Shown here in pieces: positions 1 to 8,425 of a stretch of 64,000 bases of DNA (within the stretch, counting starts at the first letter, position 1; every line of letters begins with the position of its first letter). The notes under the pieces were generated by a model that was not told the DNA's origin, searched no databases, and was given only the letters and a program-made list of their open reading frames with translations. The translations under genes were made by a program, and so were the position numbers. The stretch is from an uncultured Actinomycetes bacterium (GTDB lineage Bacteria; Actinomycetota; Thermoleophilia; RBG-16-64-13), in NCBI GenBank assembly GCA_903873715.1, contig CAIQPS010000168.1, forward strand, positions 3,939 to 67,938, read 5' to 3'.

Positions 1-483
1 GCCGAACAAGAAAATGGACCCGGTGATGTTGATGGGCATCGACATGACCCGTGGGAACGTGAGGCTCTCTCCGAGCGCCTGGCCCCCCACGGTGATCCCC
101 GGGACGAGCTTGCCGGTCTCCAGGGGATCGGTGAAGGTGCCCGCGAAGAACACCACCATGCAGATCACTATGAACGCCAGATAGAGATGGCCCCAGATCC
201 TTTTCTTGGTGATCAGATACAGGGTGCCGAGTCCCAGGAACCCCACCAGGGATGCAGCCAGGACGATGTAGATGCGATAGACGGTCGGGTCCCAGGACTG
301 GGAGTGTTCCGACCATGCCTCCATCGCGGCGGCGATGGTGTAGACGGCCATGCCCACAGTCCAGGCGGCCTGGTGGCGACGGCGCCGGCGCGCCCACTGC
401 CAGACAAGAAGCCCGGTGAAGACCGCCCCGATGATCGCGGTCGCGAGCGGCCAGGCCCAGTGAGACCAGAACTCTTCGGTCAT
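1..483 (-). CDS. integral membrane protein, 3' end cut by window edge
   Basis: Not in the ORF track because there is no stop inside the window. The minus frame is open from ATG 483-481 down to position 1. My translation is MTEEFWSHWAWPLATAIIGAVFTGLLVWQW...YRIYIVLAASLVGFLGLGTLYLI...HLYLAFIVICMVVFFAG, with several hydrophobic helices. No family recognised. Confidence 0.5.
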   Translation of the reverse strand, partial: MTEEFWSHWAWPLATAIIGAVFTGLLVWQWARRRRRHQAAWTVGMAVYTIAAAMEAWSEHSQSWDPTVYRIYIVLAASLVGFLGLGTLYLITKKRIWGHLYLAFIVICMVVFFAGTFTDPLETGKLVPGITVGGQALGESLTFPRVMSMPINITGSIFLFG

Positions 484-552
484 GTTCCCCCCCATCGGTA
501 GACGGCACCATGGTACCTCAGGCGCCGGTGGGTCCGGCGGGACACGTGACGG

Positions 553-587
553 CAAAAGAACGGGGCCGCCTCTCGCGAGGCGGCCCC
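553..587 (-). terminator. intrinsic terminator after 637-2595
   Basis: 11-bp perfect stem GGGGCCGCCTC(562-572)/GAGGCGGCCCC(577-587) with loop TCGC. On the minus strand it is followed by GTTCTTTTGCC (plus caaaagaa 553-560). Confidence 0.55.
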
Positions 588-636
588 GGACCGATCCGCT
601 TCGGGCCCGGACATGCCGGGCCGCGACGTCTATGTG

Positions 637-2595
637 TTACAGATCGGCTTCGAGCGTGAGGACGATGGCCCCGGTGTACGCCGGAGCGCCCGGGACGATC
701 GTGGTCTCGGTGCCGTCGACGGTCATGACCACGTGATAGCCGGCGGGAGCGACGATCTCAGAATCGGCGTCCACAGTCAGGCTGGTCAGGTAGCTGGTGT
801 CCGTGACGGTCCACACCGAATCGGCCAGCACGACGATGACGCCGTTGTTGATGGCCGCGCACGGGGTGTTGGTGATTTCGCCGAGCAGTTCGTAGTCCTC
901 GGCGCCGATGTCGGTCTGGCTGTGCTGCGCGCGGCTGGCGGAGATCACACCCTCGACCGTCGATTCGGTGAAGGTGAGAGCCATGTTCTGCGCCGCGGGC
1001 GGCGGGCCGGGCTCCGACACGGTGGAGGCGGCCGGCGGAGGTGGAGGCGGCGGCCCCATGGCCGGTTCGCCGAACGCGTTGAAGAAGTCGCCCACGAGCG
1101 CGATGTGGGAGAAGCTCGCCGCAGCCGCGTTGTCGGTGGAGGTGAGGTCCCAACCCGCGACCGGGGCCGGCGGCCACGAAGGCTCGTGATAGACGCCGGT
1201 GTTGGTCATGGCCGGGAAGACCGGGCCCGGATCGTCATCGTTCATGAACTGGAAGATGACGCCGTTGCCGGGGTTGATCTGGGCGCCTTCGGAGCCGTCC
1301 ACCTGCAGGTCGATCGGGGCACCCTTGTCGAGGAAGCTGGTCTCAGCGGTGTTGAACACCGTACCGCCGCCGATATAGGCCGAGCCCTGGCCGTGCCACA
1401 TGATGCCGAAGTGCCCGGAGTTGACGACGGTGTGCTGCACGGGAAGAGCAGCCAGTTCGGCGTCGGAGAGGCCGAGGTTCAGGTCGGTGTTGAGATCGGC
1501 CACGGCGTCGCTGTCGCTGTCGTCGTAGTACAGCGCGCCACCCCGGTTGATGGCCGCATAGGTCGCGACGTTGAGGGTCGTGCCCAGGAAGCGCTCGGTC
1601 GCGTTGCCGATCGCGTACGAACCGTAGCCGTCCTTGCCGGTGATGGCCACGGTGTCGTTGATGGCGGTGAGGATCATGTCCAGACCGTCGTCCGTGGACA
1701 GGACGCCCCAGCCTTCGGCGCCGATGTACGAGTTGATGTAGGCGGCCTTGGTGTTGGTGCCGAGGATGTTCGTGGCGCGGTTGTTGCCCGACAGCCGCAG
1801 CATCCACGGGACGGAGCGCATCGAGTTCTGGTCGACGCTCGGGACGTAATCGGCCGGCAGGACGCCGTCGTACGTCTGGATGTAGGAGTTCTTGACCACG
1901 ACATTGCTGCCGCCGGTGGCGATGACGCCGGTCCGGACGACGCCGCGGTTGATGATCTCCGCGTTGTCGAGGGTGAGGCGCGTGGAGGAGCCGGTGGCCA
2001 CGACACCCGCGCCGTAGCCGGCGAAGTCGCTCCTGCCGTTGCCGGTGAGCCTGATTTTCAGGTTACGGATGACCCTGTCCCCGCCGGCCACATACAGGCC
2101 GTTGAAGTTCTGGCCGGTCGACCGGATGACGACGTTGTTGTATGGGTCCATCTTCTTGCCGATGACGGCCGCGAGGACGGATTTGCCCGCGACGAAGCCG
2201 GAACCGCCGAAGTAGAGGGCCTGACGGAAGGGATACGTGTACGACTTGTAGTCGACCGGGTTGCCCTGGGTCACCACGAGCCAGACCTCGCCCTTGTAGG
2301 TGGCAGGTCCTTTGATCTCGGTGATGGGCGTACCGTCGGTGGTCTTGAGGAAGCCTCCGGTCTCGACCCCGTTGACGACGAGCGTCAAGGCGAAGCCGGC
2401 TTTGGCCGAGAGAACCGCTCCAGGAGCGATGGTGAGCGTCTTCGCGACCACGGTCTGCGTGATCTCCGTGGAGGTCGCATAGCTCAGGAACGCTTTGCTC
2501 TGGGTGGCCAACGCCGTAGAAGAAAGAGCGAAGAGCGCCACGACGAGCACAGCCACGAACAGAGCCAGGATCAGCGATCGGTGTTTTCTGGTCAT
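637..2595 (-). CDS. secreted or anchored protein, beta-helix-like body with proline linker
   Basis: 652-aa ORF with ATG 2595 preceded by GGAG. N-terminus MTRKHRSLILALFVAVLVVALFALSSTALA is a signal peptide or anchor. The body is G/N/T/V-rich with short strand-like repeats (VIRNLKIRLTGNG, NVVVKNSYIQ), followed by a PPPPPPP linker and a C-terminal domain. The fold call is an impression only. Confidence 0.6.
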   Translation of the reverse strand: MTRKHRSLILALFVAVLVVALFALSSTALATQSKAFLSYATSTEITQTVVAKTLTIAPGAVLSAKAGFALTLVVNGVETGGFLKTTDGTPITEIKGPATYKGEVWLVVTQGNPVDYKSYTYPFRQALYFGGSGFVAGKSVLAAVIGKKMDPYNNVVIRSTGQNFNGLYVAGGDRVIRNLKIRLTGNGRSDFAGYGAGVVATGSSTRLTLDNAEIINRGVVRTGVIATGGSNVVVKNSYIQTYDGVLPADYVPSVDQNSMRSVPWMLRLSGNNRATNILGTNTKAAYINSYIGAEGWGVLSTDDGLDMILTAINDTVAITGKDGYGSYAIGNATERFLGTTLNVATYAAINRGGALYYDDSDSDAVADLNTDLNLGLSDAELAALPVQHTVVNSGHFGIMWHGQGSAYIGGGTVFNTAETSFLDKGAPIDLQVDGSEGAQINPGNGVIFQFMNDDDPGPVFPAMTNTGVYHEPSWPPAPVAGWDLTSTDNAAAASFSHIALVGDFFNAFGEPAMGPPPPPPPAASTVSEPGPPPAAQNMALTFTESTVEGVISASRAQHSQTDIGAEDYELLGEITNTPCAAINNGVIVVLADSVWTVTDTSYLTSLTVDADSEIVAPAGYHVVMTVDGTETTIVPGAPAYTGAIVLTLEADL

Positions 2596-2943
2596 TCGAT
2601 GAACTCCGTGTGATTGGCGGCCCCAGGGCCGCCGGATGTTTTCCCCGCCTCGTGATACCCCATGGTTATGGCCTTCCGCTGCTCCTACCCCCTTTCAGAG
2701 CCCCCCAGCCGGTCCCTGTCGGCTCTCCTGCGAGACCGGCACCGATGTCGCGGGCGGTCCGGATGAGCCTCGATGGGCTGTTCCATGAGGCGTTCCGGTC
2801 GCGGCCAAGCGCGCCCGCCCGACCAGTCTATGACAAGCGGCCCCATTAGCGCAATAGGCAAATCCGTTTATCCAATCGACTCGATACCTCCCTGCCGGGC
2901 ACCGCACGGGTATATCCTTCTGGGCAGTGTCCAGGTCCTTCGG

Positions 2944-3750
2944 ATGGAGGTATCAGACGTGGCAGGACCGAGCCTTCCCGACGCGCTCGCGGGGTTCCCG
3001 GCCCTGCGGGAGCGGATCGCCTCCGCCAAGCCGGCGCTCTTCCTCGACCTGGACGGCACACTCGCACCCATCGCCGCCCGGCCCGACATGGTGGAGGTAC
3101 CGGCGGAGACCCTGGAGACCGTCGACCGCCTCGCCAGACTCTGCCCCGTGGCCGTGGTCTCCGGACGCGGCCTCGAGGACCTCAAGGACAAGATCGGACT
3201 GCGCTCCGTGTACTACGTGGCCGACCACGGCTTCCAGATCGAGGGGCCGCTGCGCGACCGGGTGGTGTTCGAGATGGGCCGGGAATCCCGGCCGCAGATC
3301 GAGCAGGCGGCGCGGCAGCTCCACCGCACCCTGGAAGGGATCGAGGGGGCGCTGGTCGAGGAGAAGGGCCTGTCGCTCTCGGTCCACTACCGTCTCACCC
3401 CGGAGGCCAAGCACCCCGCCGTGTTCCGGGCCGTGGCCGACGTCGCGGAGATGTTCCCGGCACTCCGGGTGACCGAGGGCAAGCTGGTGTACGAGTTCCG
3501 CCCGCCGGGCGCCTGGGACAAGGGCAAGGCGCTGCTCTGGCTGCTCGACCATCTCGGCGGCCACGGAGGACACCTCCCCATCGCCCTGGGCGACGACCTC
3601 ACCGACGAGGACATGTTCGCTGCGGTGGAGGGCTCCGGCGTCGGCGTCATCGTCGGCGATCCCGGCCGCCCCACGCGGGCCTCCTACCGGGTGGACGACC
3701 GCATGGCGGCCGCCCGCCTGCTGGAAGCGATCGGAGGGCTGCTGGTCTAG
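2944..3750 (+). CDS. otsB: trehalose-6-phosphate phosphatase (HAD-IIB)
   Basis: HAD motifs LFLDLDGTLAPI, VAVVSGRG, KGKALLWLL and ALGDDLTDEDMF, plus the EEKGLSLSVHYR cap segment typical of trehalose phosphatases. Start moved to ATG 2944 (MEVSD) because the upstream 57 codons of the track ORF are R/P-rich filler. Confidence 0.8.
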   Translation: MEVSDVAGPSLPDALAGFPALRERIASAKPALFLDLDGTLAPIAARPDMVEVPAETLETVDRLARLCPVAVVSGRGLEDLKDKIGLRSVYYVADHGFQIEGPLRDRVVFEMGRESRPQIEQAARQLHRTLEGIEGALVEEKGLSLSVHYRLTPEAKHPAVFRAVADVAEMFPALRVTEGKLVYEFRPPGAWDKGKALLWLLDHLGGHGGHLPIALGDDLTDEDMFAAVEGSGVGVIVGDPGRPTRASYRVDDRMAAARLLEAIGGLLV

Positions 3751-3874
3751 CCGGCGCGGCCGGAGTCGGCGCGGCCGTCACGGCCATCCGCTTCCTCAGA
3801 GGCGGGGTTGAAGGTACTATCGAGTCTCCGCAGACTCATCCCGTTAACGGGTCTGCCAAGGATTGGAGACTTTC

Positions 3875-4270
3875 ATGCAGGCTGAGGTGAGCTTCCCGAG
3901 CCCGACTCGGATCCAAGCGACGAGCAAAGGCTTGACCGTTGAGGTCGGTCCGCCGCCGGACCGGGGCGGGGACCCAGAATCCTACGGCCCCTTCGACATC
4001 CTGCTGTGCTCGCTCGCCACCTGCACCGGCTTCCAGGTCGCGGACTTCTTGCGGGAACGCGGGTTCGACACCTCGGCGGCGGGGGTACGCATCCAGGCGG
4101 AGCGCGGCGCGGAGTCCCATCTGCTGGAGAGCGTGTCCATCGAGATCGTGGTGCCGTCCGATTTCCCGGAGAAGTACCGGGAGGCCATCATCCGGGCCGC
4201 CGGGCTCTGCTTCATAAAACAGCAACTCGGCAGCAAGCCCGAGATCAGCACGACCGTCACGGGGATCTGA
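3875..4270 (+). CDS. OsmC/Ohr family peroxiredoxin-like protein
   Basis: Shows the two conserved Cys regions of the OsmC fold (LLCSLATCTGFQV and AAGLCFIKQQL) and is about 131 aa. ATG 3875 has GGAGAC 4-5 nt upstream; the track start at 3863 is a TTG. Confidence 0.75.
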   Translation: MQAEVSFPSPTRIQATSKGLTVEVGPPPDRGGDPESYGPFDILLCSLATCTGFQVADFLRERGFDTSAAGVRIQAERGAESHLLESVSIEIVVPSDFPEKYREAIIRAAGLCFIKQQLGSKPEISTTVTGI

Positions 4271-4279
4271 GGCGGAGAC

Positions 4280-4948
4280 ATGAGCATGGAAGTCGGCAAG
4301 GCGCTGTGGGAGCGGCGCACCGTGCGAGCGTTCCTCCCCGACCGGGTCCCCCGCGAGACCTTGGAGGCCATCCTCACCGACGCGCTGCGCACCCCCTCCT
4401 GGGCGAACACCCAGCCGTGGGAGATCTTCGTGGCCGCCGGCGAGCCGCTCGAGCGCATCCGCAAGATCTGGGACGAGCGCACCCAGGCCAAGATCCCGAC
4501 CGACACGGACATACCGTTCCCGAACTTCAAGCCGGAACATCGCGAGCGGATCAAGGAGTTGACGGCCGGCCGGGCGGCAGTGCGGGACATGAGCACCGAG
4601 GACCCGGCATTCCACCGCGATTTCCATCTGGCGAACCGCCGCTTCTTCGACGCGCCGTGCGCGGTCTATCTGTGCATGGACCAGAGCCTCGGTGCATGGT
4701 CGATATTCGACCTGGGAGCCATCTGCCAGAGCATCTGCCTGGCCGCCCAGGACCACGGGGTCGACTCGGCCATCGCCATCAACCTGGTCATCTACCCGGA
4801 CGTGCTGCGCAGCGAGCTGCAGATCCCCAGGGATCTCGCGATCGTGATAGGCATCGCGCTGGGCTATGTCGATCATGCAGGGCCGGAAGACGCCTTCCGG
4901 AGTGAGCGCCGCCCGCTGGGCGAGGCGGTCAAGTTCGTGGGCCTCTAG
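4280..4948 (+). CDS. nitroreductase family protein
   Basis: N-terminal RRTVRAF...TPSWANTQPWEIFV signature of the FMN nitroreductase fold; 222 aa. An alternative start at ATG 4286 has better SD spacing. Confidence 0.8.
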   Translation: MSMEVGKALWERRTVRAFLPDRVPRETLEAILTDALRTPSWANTQPWEIFVAAGEPLERIRKIWDERTQAKIPTDTDIPFPNFKPEHRERIKELTAGRAAVRDMSTEDPAFHRDFHLANRRFFDAPCAVYLCMDQSLGAWSIFDLGAICQSICLAAQDHGVDSAIAINLVIYPDVLRSELQIPRDLAIVIGIALGYVDHAGPEDAFRSERRPLGEAVKFVGL

Positions 4949-4986
4949 CCGTTCGGGCGGGGGCGGTCAAACACAGGAGGGGGAAC

Positions 4987-5760
4987 GTGTCCAAGTTGGC
5001 GGGCAAGACGGCGGTCGTAACCGGCGCCGCGTCGGGGATAGGGCTGGCGGCGGTCAAGCTGTTCGCGGAGGAAGGGGCGAACGTCCTGGCCATCGACCGG
5101 GATGCGGCCACGCTCGAGAAGGCGGTCGCAGGGCTGGCGCCCCAGGTGGCGGCCTTCGCCGCGGACGTCACCGACGAGACGGCTTTGGCGGCTGCGATGG
5201 CCGAAGCCGCGCAGCGCTTCGGCGGCATCGACGTCGTCGTACCCAATGCCGGCATCTTCGGGCAGCACGCCCGTATCGAGGACTGCCCCATCGACATGAT
5301 GAACAAGGTGCTGGAGATCAACGTCAGCGGCGTGGTGGCCACCATCAAGCACGCGGTCCCCTACCTCAAGAAGCGGGGGGGCGGGGCCATCGTCATCACG
5401 TCGTCCGTGGGTGCCCTCGTCGGCAACCCGGGCAGCGTGGCCTACGCCTCCAGCAAGCACGCCCTGACGGCGGTCATGAAGGTCGCCGCCATCGAGCTGG
5501 CGCCGTACAAGATCCGGGTCAACACGGTCAACCCCGGCCTGGTCGACACGCCCATGATCCACGCCATCGAGACGGACCTCGCCCCGGGCGACCGGGCCAA
5601 GGGCCGCGCCATCCTCGAGGACGCCACCCTCATGAAGCGGTACGTCGAGCCCTCCGAGGTGGCCGGGCTCATGCTCTTCCTGGCATCGGACGCCGGCAGC
5701 TTCTGCACGGGCGCCATGTACCTCATCGACGGCGGCATGCAGTACTTCGTCCAGCAGTGA
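4987..5760 (+). CDS. short-chain dehydrogenase/reductase (SDR)
   Basis: TGAASGIGLA cofactor motif, NAGI, catalytic S...YASSK (YxxxK). GTG start with AGGAGGGGG upstream. Confidence 0.85.
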   Translation: MSKLAGKTAVVTGAASGIGLAAVKLFAEEGANVLAIDRDAATLEKAVAGLAPQVAAFAADVTDETALAAAMAEAAQRFGGIDVVVPNAGIFGQHARIEDCPIDMMNKVLEINVSGVVATIKHAVPYLKKRGGGAIVITSSVGALVGNPGSVAYASSKHALTAVMKVAAIELAPYKIRVNTVNPGLVDTPMIHAIETDLAPGDRAKGRAILEDATLMKRYVEPSEVAGLMLFLASDAGSFCTGAMYLIDGGMQYFVQQ

Positions 5761-5788
5761 GCCGGACGGCGGAAAAGGGGCGCAGATC

Positions 5789-6331
5789 ATGAACGGCATA
5801 GACCCGTCGACCTTCGACCCTCTGGCCTACCCCATCGACCGCGCCTGGTTCGAGCGGCCGGACAGCATCCACGGCATCTCCCACATCCGCCGGGTGCTCA
5901 TCCACGCCCAGGCCATCTCCGCCGCGCGGGATATCGACCCGGACTGGTTCGAGTCGCTGGTGCTGGCCGCGGCCTGGCACGACATCGGCCGCACCCACGA
6001 CGGCTGGGAACCGGAGCACGGCCCCAACAGCGCGGCCAAGGTGAAAGCCCTGGGCCTGGACCGGGGCGTCCACCCGTTCATCCTGGCCCGGACCCTCTTC
6101 GCCATCGAGTGGCACTCGGTGGCTGACCGGCACGCCCTCGACCACGCGCTCACCATGGACCCGGGTCACCGGCCGGAAGTGGGCACTCTCCTCCGCGTGC
6201 TGTGGTTGCTGAAGGATGCAGACGGGCTGGACAGGGTCCGCATCAACGACCTGGACCCCGGACAGCTCCGCTACGAGGAGTCGCTCGGATTCGTCGAGCG
6301 CGCCGGCCGGTTGCTGCTCGAGTTGCCCTAG
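5789..6331 (+). CDS. HD-domain metal-dependent phosphohydrolase-like protein
   Basis: HGISHIRRV ... AAWHDIGR fits the H...HD metal-binding pattern; 180 aa. Confidence 0.6.
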   Translation: MNGIDPSTFDPLAYPIDRAWFERPDSIHGISHIRRVLIHAQAISAARDIDPDWFESLVLAAAWHDIGRTHDGWEPEHGPNSAAKVKALGLDRGVHPFILARTLFAIEWHSVADRHALDHALTMDPGHRPEVGTLLRVLWLLKDADGLDRVRINDLDPGQLRYEESLGFVERAGRLLLELP

Positions 6332-6384
6332 CCGAACGCGCCCGGACCGCCCGCGGCCTGGGCCCACGAGAAGGAGACCACACC

Positions 6385-6810
6385 ATGCCGCACCCCGGCC
6401 CCGGCCCCGGCGCAGACCCCGCGGACCCCGCGCCCTCCGCCAAGGAGACAGTCCTGGCCTTCTACGACGCCGCCCTCAACGAGAAGGACGAGGAGAAGGC
6501 CCGGCTCTACATGGGCGACACCTATATCCAGCACAACCCCCACGTGCCCGACGGCCCGGAGGGCCTGTTCCGCTTCATCCAGTTCCGGCGCGAGCGCTAT
6601 CCGTCTGCCCGCAACGAGGTCAAGCGGGTTATCGCCGAAGGCGACCTGGTGGCCCTCCACGTCCACTCGGTGGTGGTCCCGGGGACGCCCGGCCGCCAGA
6701 TCGTGGACATCTTCCGGGTCGAGGACGGCAAGGTGGTGGAGCACTGGGACGTGATCCAGGCCATCCAGGAAGAGCTCTTCCCGCCTATCAACGACAACGG
6801 GTTGTTCTGA
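6385..6810 (+). CDS. SnoaL-like / NTF2-fold protein
   Basis: YIQHNPHVPDGPEG ... GDLVALH ... VDIFRVEDGKVVEHWDVIQ matches the SnoaL-like aldol-condensation family pattern. ATG 6385 is preceded by AAGGAG (6371-6376). The upstream part of the track ORF is R/P-rich. Confidence 0.75.
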   Translation: MPHPGPGPGADPADPAPSAKETVLAFYDAALNEKDEEKARLYMGDTYIQHNPHVPDGPEGLFRFIQFRRERYPSARNEVKRVIAEGDLVALHVHSVVVPGTPGRQIVDIFRVEDGKVVEHWDVIQAIQEELFPPINDNGLF

Positions 6811-6855
6811 CCCGCTGCGTCACCGGAAGCAGGTTCGCCGCGGCCGGCGGAGCGG

Positions 6856-8277
6856 TCAGCGGCGCGCCGCCGCGGTCTTCGGCGGCCCCACCAGCGACGC
6901 CCCGATCCCTGCCGCGCACAGCACAGTGAAGATGGTGAACCCGATCCTGATGGTCGTCAGCAGCGGCGCGTGGACGGCTGCGTCGGCGTGCTCCAGCTTG
7001 AGCGGTCCGACGTAGATGGCTATGAGCATGGTGGCCACTCCCAGGCTCAGGTTCATGCCCGCCTGCCGCAACGCGCTGATGGTCGCCGAGGCGGTCCCCA
7101 CCCGGGTCTTGTCGACGCTCTGCATGATCGTGTAGGTGATGGGCGTCGAGAAGAACGCGAACCCGAGGCCGAGCCCGCAAAGGGCGAGCACGACGTACCA
7201 GTAGGGAGTGCTCGCGGTCAGGAAGATGAGGGCGAACAGCGCCAGCACGCAGATGCTCATGCCCGCCGAAGCCACGTAGCGGGCGGAAAGGCGGTCGGAC
7301 AGCCGGCCCGCCACCGGCGAGAAGACGGTCTGCACGAGACTCCCGGCCGAGATGAGGAGCCCGGCCATCCGCGGATCGAGGCCTCTGATGACTATGAAGT
7401 AGTAGCTCATGAGCAGGCTCATGGCCGCCGTCGCGGCGTAGTTCACGAGCACGGCGCCGTTGGAGAAGGCGAAGACCCGGTTGCGGCGCAGGAGATCCAT
7501 CGGCAGGAGCGGGTCTCCGGCACGCCCTTCCCACCACAGGAAGCCGGCCAGCACCAGCACTCCCACGGGCACCAGGACGGCGCCCGCGATGCGTGGCAGC
7601 AGCGAAAAGCCTATCAGGAGCGCGACCAGGCCCGCGGCGTAGAGGAGCGTGCCGGCCAGGTCGAAGCGGCCGTTCGCGGGCTCCCTCCATTCGAGGTGCC
7701 GCAGTTTCCACAGGGGGACGATCACGGTGATGAGGTTCACGGCGGCCAGCAGGGCGAAGAAGCCCCGCCATCCGATGCTGTCGAACATGAGCCCGCCCAG
7801 GAACGGGCCGGCGGTGACTCCCAGATAGACGCCGGCGACCGTCCATCCCAGGGCCCTCCCCCGCGTCTGGACCGGATAGGCGAGCACCACGAGCGCCGGT
7901 GCCGTCACCGAACCGATGCCCAAGCTGATGCCGGCTAGCATGCGCAGCACCAGCAGCACCCCCGCGGAGGGGGCCAGGGCGCTCGCGAAGGAGACCACCG
8001 TCGAGAGGGCGGTGCCCGCGATGTAGAAGCGCATCCGGCCGCATCTGTCGGCAAGACGCCCCACGGGCAGCAGCACCGCGGCGGACACGAGGACCATCGC
8101 CAGGGAGATCCAGGTGAGGTACACGGCGGAGACGCCGAAGTCCTTGTTGATGGTGGTCAGTCCGACGTTGATGCCGGACGACATGAACGTGACCACGAAC
8201 CCGCCGAACGCCGACATCACCAGCACCAGGATGCGCTCGGAAGGAAGGAGTTGCTCTGGGGTCGGTCCGGTTCTCAT
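6856..8277 (-). CDS. MFS transporter, DHA2-like (about 14 TM)
   Basis: 473 aa, hydrophobic throughout, with MFS motif A LPVGRLADRCGRMRF between TM2 and TM3. Confidence 0.85.
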   Translation of the reverse strand: MRTGPTPEQLLPSERILVLVMSAFGGFVVTFMSSGINVGLTTINKDFGVSAVYLTWISLAMVLVSAAVLLPVGRLADRCGRMRFYIAGTALSTVVSFASALAPSAGVLLVLRMLAGISLGIGSVTAPALVVLAYPVQTRGRALGWTVAGVYLGVTAGPFLGGLMFDSIGWRGFFALLAAVNLITVIVPLWKLRHLEWREPANGRFDLAGTLLYAAGLVALLIGFSLLPRIAGAVLVPVGVLVLAGFLWWEGRAGDPLLPMDLLRRNRVFAFSNGAVLVNYAATAAMSLLMSYYFIVIRGLDPRMAGLLISAGSLVQTVFSPVAGRLSDRLSARYVASAGMSICVLALFALIFLTASTPYWYVVLALCGLGLGFAFFSTPITYTIMQSVDKTRVGTASATISALRQAGMNLSLGVATMLIAIYVGPLKLEHADAAVHAPLLTTIRIGFTIFTVLCAAGIGASLVGPPKTAAARR

Positions 8278-8425
8278 CGTCTATCAGGCTACCAGCAACG
8301 CGGCGCGGCGTCCGGCGGGGGCGTCCCAGGCAACGTCCGGCGGGTGCGGCCGGCGGCACAGCACCTGGGGCCGCACCGCGGATCGCGCGGAAGCCGGGTG
8401 ACTGGTCGGCTACAATCGCGGGGTC

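Noticed and set aside
1025-1060. GC-rich run encoding PPPPPPP, considered as a slippage-prone simple repeat.
   Set aside because: It uses mixed proline codons (ccg/cct/cca), not a homopolymer or perfect short tandem repeat. It reads as an ordinary proline linker.
4987-5760. Calling either SDR (4987-5760 or 11391-12170) a phloroglucinol reductase.
   Set aside because: This is attractive given the pathway context, since phloroglucinol reductase is an SDR. But only generic SDR motifs are visible, so a specific assignment is not supportable without a homology search.
8411-8416. TACAAT hexamer 9 nt upstream of the ATG at 8426, considered as the -10 box of a leaderless transcript.
   Set aside because: There is no acceptable -35 at 16-18 nt spacing. 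A single hexamer is not enough support.
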